Below are positions 7,000 to 17,660 of a stretch of DNA of 20,095 nucleotides, one piece after another (position 1 is the first letter of the stretch; each line of letters opens with the position of its first letter). The notes beneath the pieces are model-generated. The model made no database searches, was not told the origin of the DNA, and saw only the letters and a program-made list of their open reading frames with translations. The DNA lies in assembly GCF_004010195.1 (NCBI RefSeq), contig NC_057749.1, forward strand, positions 9,656,572 through 9,676,666, in the 5' to 3' direction. The stretch comes from Chiloscyllium plagiosum. Its lineage: Eukaryota. A program made the translations under genes and the position numbers.

Positions 7000-9900
7000 T
7001 GTAGACTCCACTTCCCAGTATTTTCACCATAACCCTTAATTCCTTTATTTTTCAAAAAAAGTCTCTACCTTATCTTTAAAAGCAATTACTGAAGTAGCGA
7101 AAACTACTTCCCTGAGCAAGGAATTCCATATCTTCACAACCCCCTGGGTGAAGAAGTTCCTTCTCAGTTCAGTTGTAAACCTGCTTCCTCGAATCTTGAG
7201 GCCATGCCCTCTTGTCCTAGTCTCACCCATGAGTGGAAACATCCTACTTATTTCTATTTTATCTATTCCCTTCAGAATTTTATATGTTTCTATAAGATCC
7301 CCCCTCATTCTTTTAAATTCCAATAATTATAATCCCAATCTGCTCAGCCTCTCCTTGTAATCCAACCCGCTCAACTCTGGAATCAACCTAGTGAATCCTC
7401 TCTGCATCCCCTGTCGTGTCAGTACATCCTTTCTTATGTAAGGAGACCAAATCTGCACACAGTACTCCAGGTGTGGCCTCATCAACGCCTTGTACAGCTG
7501 TAATGTTACTTCTCTCTGTTTTTAAACTCAACCCCTTTAGCAATGAAGGACAAAGTTCCATTTGCCTCCCTAATTACTTGTTGTACCTGCAGACCAACCT
7601 TCTGCGATTCATGCGCAAGGACACCCAGGTCCCTCAGAAATCAGCATGCTACAACTTTTTTTATTCAAGTAATAATCTACTTGGCTGTTACTCCTACCAA
7701 AATGTATGATTTCACATTTACTAACTTTGTATTCCATCTACCAAACCTTTATCCACTCAATGTATCTAAGTTTCTCTGCAAAGTTTCACAGTCCTCTGCA
7801 CACTTTGCTCTGCCACTCATCTTAGTGTCATCGCCAAATTTTTACACCGTACACATGGTCCCCAACTCCAAATCATCTATATAAATTGTAAATAATTGTG
7901 GTCCCAACACGGATTCCCGACGCACACCATTAGTCACTGATTGCCTGCCAGAATAGCACTCATTTATCCCCACTCTTAGCTTCCTGTCAGTCAACCAATC
8001 CTCTATCCACATTAATACTCTACCCCTAACACCATGCATCTTTATCTTATGTAGCAGCCTCATGTGCAGCACCTTGTCAAAGGCCTTTTGAAAATCTAGG
8101 TACACCACATCTACTGTCCATATTGCCCACTTTGCTTGAAATGTCTTCATAGAATTCCAAAAGTTTTGTGAAGCATGACCTGCCCTTCATGAACCCATGG
8201 TGCCTCTGTACAATGGGACAATTTCTTTCGAGATGTGCTGCTATTTTTTCCTTGATAATTGATTCAAGCATCTTCCACACTACAGAGGTTAAGCTCACTG
8301 GTCGATAATTCCACTTCTTTTGTCTACCTCCCTTTTTAAAAAGTGGCATCACATTTGCTGTTTTCCAATCTGCTGGGACTGCCCCAGAATCCAGTGAATT
8401 TTAGAAAATTACCACCAGTCCACCTGCTATTTCTCCCGCCATCTCTTTTAGTACCCTGGGATGCATTCCATCAAGACCAGGAGACTTATCTATCCTGTTC
8501 TCCATTAGCTTACCCCACACTAGCTCTTCCGTAATAATAATTATTTCCATCTCCTCACCTACCTTTGTCTCTTTGTCAATTACTGACATGTTATTATGTC
8601 CTCCACTGTGAAGACTGATGCCTCAGCCATTTCATCAAATCCCATAACTAACTGCACCTTTTCATCCTGTAAAGGACCATTTACTTTAGCCATTCTTGTT
8701 CATTATATGTTTATAGAAACTTTTGTGATCTGTCTTTATATTCTGAGCTAGTCTTTTTCTCATACTCTTTCCTACTTTTCTTTATAGCTCTTTTTGTGGC
8801 TTTCTGTTGACCTTTAAAATTTTCCCAGTCTTCTAGTTTCCTGCTGTTTTTGGCCACTTTGTATACCTTCTCTTTCACTTTGATAGCCCGCCTTATTTGC
8901 TTAGACATCCATGGCTAATTACCCCTCCTCTTACAGTCCTTCCTTCTCACTGGAATATACTTTTGCTGAGCACTTTGAAAACTTTCTTCGAAGGTCCTCC
9001 ACTGCTCATCAACTGTCGCACCATAAAGTCTCTGTTTCCTGTCTACTCTCGCCAGGTCCTTTCTCATTCTATCATAGTCCCCCTTATTCAACCACAGGAC
9101 CCTGGTATTAGATTTTATCTTCACACTATCCAGCTGTATTTTAAATTCAACCATACTGTATCACTGCTTCCAAGAGGATACCTGACTATGAGGTCATTAA
9201 TTATTCCTGTCTCATTACACAGGACCAGATCTAGGATAGCTTGCTCCCTCGTCAGTTCCATTACACACTCTTCAAGAAAACTATCACCCGGATACACTCA
9301 GCGAAGTCCTCCTCAAGGCTACCCTGACCTATCTGGTTTGACCAATCTACATGCAGATTAAAATCCCCCATGAGAACAGCTGGACCATTTTTGCAGGCAT
9401 TGGTTATTTCCTTGTTTATTGCCCATCCCAATGTGATGTTATTACTTGGTGGCCTATAGACCATGCCTATCAGTGACTTTTTCTTCTTGGAATTCCTAAT
9501 TTCCACCCAAATGGATTCGACCTCGTGTTGCATAGAACCAAGATCAACTCTCAGCACCGCCCTGATGTCGTCCTTGAATATCAGAGCTATACCAACTCCC
9601 TTGCGTTCCTGTCTGTCCTTCCGAATAGTCTGGTACCCCTGGATATTTAATTCCCAGGGAGAAAATGAGGACTGCAGATGCTGGAGACCGGAGTTGAAAA
9701 ATGTGGTGCTGGAAAAACACAGCAGGCCAGGCAGCATCTGAGGAGCAGGAGAATTGACGTTTTGGGCACGTTCCAATTGGCATAGTGATAAGAAAATTAG
9801 GGAAGTAAACATGTGGTGAAGGGAATGGTTTGGAAAAGAGGCATTCCATTTCATAGGGCATTGCCCGAAACGTCGATTCTCCTGCTCCTCGGATGCTGCC

Positions 9901-10070
9901 TGGCCTGCTGTGTTTTTCCAGCACCACATTTTTCAACACATATTTAACTCCCAGTCATGACCATTCTGCAATCACATCTCTGTGATAGCTATTTGTGTCA
10001 TTAACTCATCAATCTTGTTACAAGTGCTACCAGCATTCAGGTAAAGTGCCTTTATGCTTGCTTTCTTACC
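7000..10070 (-). pseudogene. CR1 ORF2 (APE endonuclease plus reverse transcriptase), disrupted
   Basis: Endonuclease motifs LYLNA, IAITE, YRPP, MGDFN. RT motifs KSPGLDG, NYRPVSLTS, HGFMKGRSC, YLDFQKAFD, SVLGPQLF, FGDD (7838-7827, preceded by a stop). C-terminal RMRGDLIETYKI. Many stops and frameshifts, plus the 9658-9939 insertion. Confidence 0.92.
9658..9939. mobile_element. Penelope-like inverted-arm insertion with captured local DNA and 15-bp TSD
   Basis: Arms 9693-9768 and 9862-9937 are inverted (73/76 identical). The core 9767-9865 is the reverse complement of 10369-10467 (98/99). TSD is ATATTTAATTCCCAG (9643-9657) / ATATTTAACTCCCAG (9940-9954). Confidence 0.9.
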
Positions 10071-10235
10071 ATCATGATTCACAACATCTCTAATATCTCC
10101 TGATTTATCATTCATTTTTGCTTCTTTCATAGTTTGCCTTGAACTCAACCCCTCCTGCATGCATGCTAACCTGCTGCTTACCTTTTCATTTATCACCATA
10201 CTTGCTGCTGATTTCCCTTTCCCTTCCCCCCCAAC

Positions 10236-11195
10236 TCACAAATTTAAAGTCTTACTGACCACCCTATTTATCCTTCTCACTAGAACACTGGTTTCATATC
10301 GGTTCAGGTGGAGACCATCCCATTGGTACAGATCCCCCCGGCCCCCCCACCCCGGTTCCAAAGCTGATGGCAATGCCCTATGAAATGGAATGCCTCTTTT
10401 CCAAACCATTCCCTTCACCACATGTTTACTTCCCTAATTTTCTTATCACTATGCCAATTGGCACGTGGCTCGGGCAGTAATCCGGAGATTATAACCCTTG
10501 AGGACTGTTTCTTAATTTCGTTCCAAGTGCTTGATAATCCCCAAACATGTCCTCCATCCTAGTCTTGCCTATGTTGTTCATCCCACCGTGGACCACAACA
10601 ACTGGATCCTCCCCCTCCCACTCCAGTATTCTTTCAAGCCGGTCGGAGATGTCCTGCACCTTGGCACCGGGCAGGCAACGCACCATGCGGGACTCCCGAA
10701 CCGGCTTGCATAGGATACTATATGTCCCCCTAATTATAGAATCCCCAATAACTACCACTTGTCTTTTTGCTCCCCCCTCTTGAATGGCCTTCTGCACCAT
10801 GGTGCCATGGTCAGCTGGTTCATCCTGTCCACAGCCCTTTTCCTCATCCATACAGAGAGCAAAAATCTGATACCTGTTGGACAAGGTCAAGGGCTGAGGC
10901 TCCTTCACTCCTGAACTCAGGATCCCCCTACCTGCCTCACTTGCAATCACACCCTGTTGTCCCTGATTTGAATTACTTAATCTACCCAGTGTGACTGCCT
11001 CCTGAAACAAAGTGTCCAGGTACTCTCCCCCTCCCCGATGTGCCGTGGTGTTTGAAGCTCAGATTCCAGATCATCAATTCTGATCTGGAGTTCTTTCAGC
11101 AACCAACATTTGCTGCAAATGTGGTCACTGACGTTCACAATGGGATCAGCCAGCTTCCACATCATCCAGCTACAGCACATCACCTGACCAGCCAT
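10236..11195 (-). pseudogene. CR1 ORF1 (zinc-finger/leucine-zipper N-terminus plus SGNH esterase domain), frameshifted
   Basis: MAGQVMCCSWMMW..HICSKC..L..LQIRIDDLESELQT, then LSNRY, VVVIGDSIIRG, CLPGAKVQD, VVVHGGMNN and DGLHLN. These match the GDS/GxND/DxxH blocks of the vertebrate CR1 ORF1 esterase. Confidence 0.88.
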
Positions 11196-11558
11196 CTCTA
11201 CCTAGTTAATTACTCCATACAAATTTGAGTTAAATAATTTTTAGTGCTTCTCTGCTCTGGACTTATTCAATTAACCAATTAATAGAAGATTCTAAAAAGT
11301 AATTTTTTAACCAATCAACTTATGTTATCAACCCACCGCAGAGTCCTTTTGCTTTGGTTGGAGGAGGGGGGGGGGAGGGGTGCACTACACATGTTGGGGT
11401 TCAGCCACTGCCCAAATATATTGCCAGCAGCCCCTGGTGTTCACCTCTGCCTCTGCTCTGGGCCCCAATATTAGGGGTGAGTTTTTCAATTTTTTTGCTC
11501 ACCTTCCCGACAGCCTCCTGCTCGACGCTCCCGCACTTCCTGCTGCTGGAACAACAAC

Positions 11559-11724
11559 AAGAGAAACAGAGTTAATGTTTAGAGTCTTGTATGATTCTTC
11601 TTCAAAACCTGAAGAAGTTCTGAAGAAATCAATCCATATTCAAAATGTTAACTTTGTTTTTCACTCTCCACTGATGCTGCCAGACCTGTTGGGTTTCTCT
11701 AAAACTTTCCGTGCTTGTATCAGG
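11559..11724. mobile_element. Penelope-like inverted pair, remainder
   Basis: ACAGAGTTAATGTTT...TTCTTCAAAAC is followed by its inverse GTTCTGAAGAA...AAAATGTTAACTTTGT...GATGCTGCCAGACCTG. Includes a degenerate CTGAAGA...AAAATGTTAAC hammerhead layout. Confidence 0.7.
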
Positions 11725-11806
11725 AATAACTTCCCTATTCCTCTTCAAGTTGGTGCCATGCGATCTCTCACATGTGCCTGACCAAGTGGGGAACCAAGTG
11801 ACACTG

Positions 11807-12124
11807 ATTGTATAGGACTCTGGTGCGGCCACATCTGGAGTATTGTGTGCAGTTTTGGTCGCCATACTACAGGAAGGATGTGGAAGCACTGGAACGGGTG
11901 CAGAGGAGGTTTACCAGGATGTTGCCTGGTATGGTAGAAAGATCGTATGAGGAAAGGCTGAGGCACTTGGGGTTGTTTTCATTGGAGAAAAGAAGGTTTA
12001 GGGGTGACTTCATAGAGGTGTATAAGATGATTAGGGGTTTAGATAGCGTCGACAGTGAGAATCTTTTTCCTCGTATGGAGTCAGCTATTACTGCGCTGTA
12101 CTCTTCAATGTTCTATGTTCTATG
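11807..12124 (+). mobile_element. Young CR1 3' fragment with internal deletion
   Basis: Uninterrupted [43 protein letters not shown]... then a jump to the tail CTGCGCTGTACTCTTCAATGTTCTATGTTCTATG. The tail is the same type as at 19836-20095. Confidence 0.92.
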
Positions 12125-12691
12125 AAATGGGCACTGGAGGTGGGCATTGGACACAAGACCCTTAAGACTCAGTGGGTGCCTGTCATAAGTGGTTGGGTTG
12201 CATTGACATTTCAGCTCAACATTTGAGTGAATGACTTGGTCTTGCTTTTCCAGTTTACAATGTCGTCATAATCTTTCAGTTGAATGATGTTTCATGATAG
12301 GGTGCTGTATTCCTGCATTTCTCCATAACACAAGTTCACACCTTTTGACTGTCCATTCAGTATTTTCAAATTGACAGCATTTATTTCTTGCTCAGAATTT
12401 TCAATTTTATTGCCTTTCATTATTGGACTTCTTTCAAAAAGTGTTCTTTACTCTTGGTACGTGAATTCAGCTCTGTTTGTTGCTTGCTTCCTGTAGTTAT
12501 ACACATTGCAATTGGCAGGATGTGAATGATGGGTGAGCGCTGCAGCACTAAAATAAAAAGCCAGCAACATCATCTAGGTTCCAGGTTCCAGCTTCTGCAA
12601 ACTTGAAACACAATAAAAGCCAGATATGATGTAATTATGTTAATTTATAACATGCAAAGGAAAACTATTGCTTTGACATGTCAGTTCATGA

Positions 12692-13312
12692 AAAGTAGGG
12701 CCTTGAGCAGTGTTGTAGAATAGAGAGGTTCAGTTTCATAATTCTTTGAAGTTTGTGTCACATATAGATAGGGTGGTTAACGAGGCATTTGGCACACTTG
12801 CCTTCATTGCTTCGACCTTTCATTCTAGAAGTTGGGACGTCATGTTGAGGTTGTACAAGATGCTGGTGAGGTCTCTTCAGGAGTACTGTGTCCAGTTCTG
12901 GTGACCCTGTTATAAGAATATTATTATTAAGCTGGAGTAGGTTCAAAAGAGATTTACCAGGATGTAGCCAGGATTAGAAGGTTTGAGTATCGGGAGAAGC
13001 TGGATAGGCTGGGACTCACTGGAGCGTAGGAAGTTGAAAGGTGACACTATAGAGGTTTACAAAATGATCAGAGATATGGATAAGGTGAATGGCAGGTGTC
13101 TTTTCCCAAGAGTGGGGGATTTCAAGACTAAGGGGGCATATTTTTAAGGTGAGAGGAGAAAGATTTAAAGTAGACATGAGGGGCAACTTTTTTCACACAG
13201 AGTGGTTTGTGTGTGGAATGAAGTTCCAGAAGAAATGGGTACAGTTACAACATTTAAAAGACATTTGGATAAGTACATGAATAAGAAATGTTTCAAGGGA
13301 TAATGGGCCAAG
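12692..13312 (+). mobile_element. CR1 ORF2 3' fragment
   Basis: GTTGTACAAGATGCTGGTGAGG..GAGTACTGTGTCCAGTTCTGG..AGATTTACCAGGATG..TTTAAGGTGAGAGGAGAAAGATTTAAA..AAGGGATAATGGGCCAA. Confidence 0.88.
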
Positions 13313-13563
13313 CCTTGTTTCTGATTGACAGTATCTGCAGTTTTTTCGCCCAATATTTCATTAATATATCCATCACCTGTTCCCTCCTTTCATTTGCTGT
13401 TAAGCAGCTCTTCAGACTTTATTAGATGATAATAAATTCCATTTTTTCTTTTTGAATAAATGATTGGACGCAATCATTAAAAAAATTGTTTCTTTGCTAA
13501 GAGAATCGAGTCTTCGGAACATCCAACAATTTCTTAGAGCTTCCCCCTTTCCAATCAACTTCA

Positions 13564-13856
13564 TAGATTCCCTACAGTGTGGAAGCAGGCCATTCAGTCC
13601 CTTTCTGACCCTCTGAAGAGCATCCCACCCAGACTGAGCTCCTCCTCACCCCCCCAACATACCTGTATTTCTCATGGCCAGTGCACCTAACCTGCACATC
13701 TTTGGACTGTGTGAGGAAACCAGAGCACCAGGAGGAAACCCACACAGACACGGGGAGAATGTGCGAACTCCACACAGACAGTCGCCCAAGGGTGGAATTG
13801 AACCCAGGTCCCTGGCACTGTGAGGCAGCAGTGCTAACCACTGGGCCACCATACCT
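13564..13856 (-). mobile_element. tRNA-derived V-SINE (HE1-like)
   Basis: Reverse-complement copy of the 252-551 family with A/B boxes, V-domain and tail GCTTCCACACTGTAGGGAATCTATG. Confidence 0.92.
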
Positions 13857-13859
13857 CCC

Positions 13860-13950
13860 TTGTTCAGACATATTATGACACACCTATGGAGCAAGTGGGA
13901 CTTGAACCTGGATGTTCTGGCCCAGAGGGACCACTCCTGCTGTGCAAGAT
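13860..13950 (-). mobile_element. Short tRNA-derived SINE fragment
   Basis: Minus strand CCAGGTTCAAGTCCCACTTGCTCCATAGGTGTGTCATAATATGTCTGAACA, related to 19074-19186. Confidence 0.6.
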
Positions 13951-15061
13951 GAGTGCTCTTGTTTTGGGCCATGCAAATCAATCGGACAGCTGCTATCCTC
14001 CTATTTCAGTTTGGAGGTTTCTCCATTCTCTACCATCTGTTTTCAAGCAGCAATACTGATCCGCAGTCTGTTTTCACACATTTCACAGTGTACATTATCC
14101 CACAGTGACTTATTACTGAATTAGCGCTCAATGTGCTTTGCAACTGAATATTTAGAACTACTTCCAATCCTTTTATTCGAAAAACAGAATATCTACCATC
14201 TTGCCAAGAACAACACTCTGCCACTAAGGTACTTTCTATTACTGTTCTGATCTTTTTACCTTCCCAAGCTAAAGGCAACATTTACCTTGCTTTCCCACAG
14301 GAAATATTATAAACCTTCCTGTACTTGAGTCCATCAAAGATTTGCGTAAGATGTATCACTAAAAACAACAAGTTTTACATTCCTGACACCTCCCAGTGAT
14401 GGAAATTTCAAAAGAACTTTCTCAATGTTTTCACATGGATAATATCATTCAGCTTGGGATGGATGACAGTTGTGCTCAACTCTGATACTTTCAAAACTGG
14501 CATCTGGCCTGGTTGCCCAACCAATTCAGTTAGACAATTCCTCCATAATAGTTTTGGAAACCACTGTGTCATTGACTCATAGAGTTATACAGCATGGAAA
14601 CAAACGCTTCAGTCCAACCAGTCCATGCTGAATGTAATCCCAAACTAAACTAGTCCCACCTGCCTGCTCCCACCCCATATCTCTCCAACCTTTCCTATTC
14701 ATGTATTTCTCCAAATATCTTTTAAAAATTTTACTGCATCCACCACTTCCTCAGGAAGTTCATTCCACATACAAACCACCCTCTGTGTACAAAGAAATTT
14801 GTCCCTCATGTCTTTATTTAAGTCCCTCTCCTCTCACCTTATAAATGTGCCCGCTAGTCTTGAAATCCCCCAACCTAGAAAAAGAACAACTATCATTAAC
14901 CTTCAATATACCTCTCATTATTTGAAAACCTTCTATAAGATTGCCTCTCAACCTCCTACACTCCAGTGAAAAACGTCCAAGCTATCCAGCCTTTCTTTAT
15001 ATCTCAAATCTTCCATATCTGGCAACATTCTGGCAAATCTCTTCTGAGTCCTGTCCAGCTT

Positions 15062-15099
15062 GATTCCTGAAGAAGGGCTTATGCCCGAAACGTCGATTC
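15062..15099 (+). ncRNA. Minimal type I hammerhead ribozyme motif (Penelope-type)
   Basis: GATTC-CTGAAGA-A-GGGC-TTAT-GCCC-GAAA-CG-TC-GATTC: intact CUGANGA and GAAA cores, 4-bp stem II, palindromic ACGU stem III and a GUC cleavage triplet. Expression and activity are unknown. Confidence 0.6.
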
Positions 15100-15155
15100 T
15101 CCTGTTCCCTAGATGCTGCCTGACCTGCTGCGCTTTTCCAGCAACATGTTTTCAG
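15062..15155 (+). mobile_element. Penelope-like terminal fragment inserted in CR1
   Basis: Same family as the 9862-9937 arm (TGCCCGAAACGTCGATTCTCCTG...GATGCTGCCTG.CCTGCTG). Flanked by an imperfect CAGCTT/CAGTTT duplication (15056-15061, 15156-15161). Confidence 0.85.
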
Positions 15156-15429
15156 CAGTTTAATAATAACCTTCCTATAACTGGACAGCAAGAACTGGAC
15201 ACAGTACTCCAGAAGATGCCTCATTAATGTCTTGTACAACCTCAACATGACTTCCCATCTACTGTACTCCAAGGACTGAGCAATGAAGGCAAACGTGCTA
15301 GATGCCTTTTTAACCAACCTATCTATGTGTGACACAAACTTCAAAGAGTTATATACCTGAACTCTAGGTCCCTCTGTTCTACAGCACTGCCCAAGGCCAT
15401 ACCATTAATTGTATAAGCCTTAGCCCTTG

Positions 15430-15995
15430 GCCTTAGCCCTGTTGGAATACTGTGAACAATTCTGATCTCCTTCCTATCGGAATGATGTTATGAAACTTGA
15501 AAGGGTTCAGAAAAGATTTACAAGGATGTTGCCAGGGTTGGAGGATTTGAGCTGTAGAGAGAAGCTGAACAGGCTAGGGCTGTTTTCCCTGGAGCGTCGG
15601 ATGCTGAGGGGTGACCTTATAGAGTTTTACAAAATTATGAGGGGCATGGATAGGGTAAATAGGCAGTCTTTTCCCTGGGATCGGGGAGTCCAGAACTAGA
15701 GGGCATAGGTGTAGCGTGAGAGGGGAAAGATATAAAAGAGACCTAAGGGGCAACTTTTTCACACAGAGGGTGGTATGTATATGGAATGAGCTGCCAGAGG
15801 AAGTGGTGTTGGCTGGTACAATTGCAACATTTAAGAGACATTTGGGTGGGTATATGAATAGGAAGGGTTTGGAGGGATGTGGGTCAGGTGCTGGCAGATG
15901 CGACTAGATTAGGTTGGGATATCTGGTCGGCATGGATAAGTTGGACCGAAGGGTGTGTTTCTATGCTGTACATCTCTATGACTCTATGACTCTAT
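15430..15995 (+). mobile_element. CR1 3' fragment nested antisense in another CR1
   Basis: [29 protein letters not shown], complete 3' UTR and (ACTCTATG)n tail. Confidence 0.92.
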
Positions 15996-16120
15996 GTTGG
16001 ACCAAAATGCAATACTTCACATTTATCCAGATTGAACTCCACCTACCATTTTTCAGCCCATTGATCCATTTGATTAAGATCCCTTTGTAATCTCAGAAAA
16101 TATCCTTCACTGTCCACAAT
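15996..16120 (-). mobile_element. Continuation of the minus-strand CR1 (RT region)
   Basis: Minus strand GGACAGTGAAGGA..TTACAAAGGGATCTT..GAGTTCAATCTGGATAAATGTGAAGTATTGCATTTTGG encodes a KCEVLHFG-like segment. Confidence 0.8.
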
Positions 16121-16369
16121 GGCTTTTGTAAATCCCTACTTTGAGGAATAGCAATGAGAATAACATGTTCCAAAGAAGATTCTGTCTGATTTCCAATTCA
16201 GTATACTCGGAGATCCTAGAGGCTTTATTTTCAATTTTAAATTTGGCCTATTTATGACATTTTTTCAAATTCATTGCTCACAGCCCACAAAATAAAATTA
16301 TCCATGTGCATCATAAAGATGCCTGAAAACTGCCCCTCATGCTGCTGTAGTGCCAGAGTATGAAACCTC

Positions 16370-16712
16370 TGTGGTGAGTGACACACTTCACTTCTCCCAA
16401 TGTGCAAGCTACAAATCAAGAGTGTGCTAGAATAATCTTCACTTGCCTGACGCTTTCCAACAGCATTACTTGCTGCAAGTTCCCTTCCATACCATGCACC
16501 ATTTTGACTTGGATACCATTATTACAAATCTTGCATTTTTGCTTGGTCAAAATCCTGGAAAAATGCTCCCTAATAGTATTGAAGGCCATATGTGCTGCTG
16601 CAGTTCAAGGAAGTAACTTGCCAATTTTTCTCACTGGCAATTAGAAATAGGAGAATGGCCATGGGTGCTGTTCTAGCCAGTGACAGCAACATCTGATGAA
16701 AAAATAATAATA
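16370..16712 (+). mobile_element. Old LINE 3' remnant (family that supplies the 4196 SINE tail)
   Basis: TGCAAGTTCCC..CACCATTTTGACTTGGA..GGTCAAAATCCTGGAA..CTCCCTAA..GCAGTTCAAG..GGCAATTAG..GCCAGTGAC..ACATC..ATGAA. Confidence 0.65.
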
Positions 16713-16794
16713 AACAGATGCATGCATGTCTTTCTTTTGTTGACAAAAGCAGATCAGAAGTAGGAAATTCTGCACTCAGTAACACACCTCCTGA

Positions 16795-17318
16795 ATAAGA
16801 ACATCAGAAGTCAGACCACAAGATGGCCATTTGGTCCATCAATTGAATTGAATTGAATTGAATTAGCTTCATTGTCACATGTACTCAGATGAGTATAGTG
16901 AAAAGAATTCAGTGACCTCTGGGAAAAGAAGTTCCTTTGCAATTCAGTTTTAAATGAGTGCTCCCTTATTCTGTAACTGTGTACCTTAATTCAACCCCAC
17001 CCCATCTTGAGTGGAAACATCTTCTCGCTATCTACCCTGTCATGTGCTCTTAGAATCTTATATTGTGTTAGTAAGATCACACACCCTCCATTCTTTTAAA
17101 CACTATTAAATAAAGGCCCAACCTGATTAGGCAGCCTTGATAAATCAAGCCTTCTGTGCCAGAACCAAACTTGTGAATCTCTTGTGAATTGCCTGTAATG
17201 CCATCCGTCCTGTTTTACATAACGGGAACCAAAGCTGCACACAGTATTCCAGGTGCTGACTCATCAACACCCTGTACAGTTGTTGCAAGACATCCCTGTT
17301 CTTAAATTGCAATTCCCA
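16795..17318 (-). mobile_element. Old CR1 3' fragment, partly deleted
   Basis: Minus-strand translation QLYRVLMSQHLEYCVQLWFP, with the 3' terminus near 16795. Confidence 0.8.
16841..16905 (-). mobile_element. Short LINE tail ending in (CAATT)n, inserted in CR1
   Basis: (AATTG)4 followed by AATTAGCTTCATTGTCACATGTACTCAGATGAGTATAGTGAAAAG, a microsatellite-terminated retroposon end. Confidence 0.55.
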
Positions 17319-17319
17319 A

Positions 17320-17660
17320 GTTTCCAATGTCTGGCCAATATCTACAAGGACAAGGTGGGACTGTGATGGAATATTCTCCTCTTCTTGACTGAGTGTAGCT
17401 CCAGTGACACTCAAGAAACTCAACAATTCAGGGCAGCGCATCTCATCTTGAACAGCACCTCAGCCACCAACTTAAACTCTCAACGCCATTCTATATTATC
17501 AACGTATTGGCAGCAATTCCCTTCATAATGGCACTGTCAGTGTCCCTACACCACCTATATTGCAGCAGTTCAAGCAGGCAGCTCACTAACACCTTCTCAA
17601 GAGCGACTAGGGTTAGAAACTAAATATTGAGGTGATCAGCATCCCATGAAAAAAGTATAA
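17320..17660 (+). mobile_element. Old LINE 3' remnant (same family as 16370-16712)
   Basis: ATCTACAAGG..GTGATGGAATATTCTCC..GCTCCA..ACACTCAAGAA..CAGCAGTTCAAG.AGGCAGCTCAC..CACCTTCTCAAG..CATCCCATGAA. Confidence 0.7.

Larger units (their letters stand above)
6913..11557 (-). mobile_element. Near full-length decayed CR1 LINE (5' UTR, ORF1, ORF2, 3' UTR)
   Basis: Collinear ORF1 and ORF2 fragments on minus, and a CR1 3' terminus (GAATGGCCTACTCCTGCTCTATGTTCT). The 5' boundary is inferred from the resumption of the interrupted host repeat. Confidence 0.93.
14573..15429 (-). mobile_element. CR1 3' portion (continues at 15996-16120)
   Basis: Minus-strand translation gives LRLYKTLMRHLLEYCVQF. The 3' terminus TTCCATGCTGTATAACTCTATGAGTC lies at about 14575-14598. 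Interrupted by the 15062-15155 and 15430-15995 insertions. Confidence 0.9.

Noticed and set aside
9856..9880. Functional hammerhead in the right arm of the insertion
   Set aside because: Stem II, GAAA and GUC are present, but the CUGANGA core is replaced by captured DNA.
9261..9929. 222-aa ORF as a novel fusion protein
   Set aside because: A chance read-through of Penelope-like arms, antisense ORF1 filler and the CR1 endonuclease fragment. It has a non-ATG start and no promoter evidence.
7000..10070. RT plus nearby structured repeat as a retron/DGR-like system
   Set aside because: The RT is a standard, inactivated CR1 ORF2 in vertebrate DNA. The 99-bp duplicate has one mismatch and no adenine-specific variation.
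16841..16864. (AATTG)n and other short tandem arrays as CRISPR-like repeats
   Set aside because: There are no spacers. These are microsatellite tails of retroposons.
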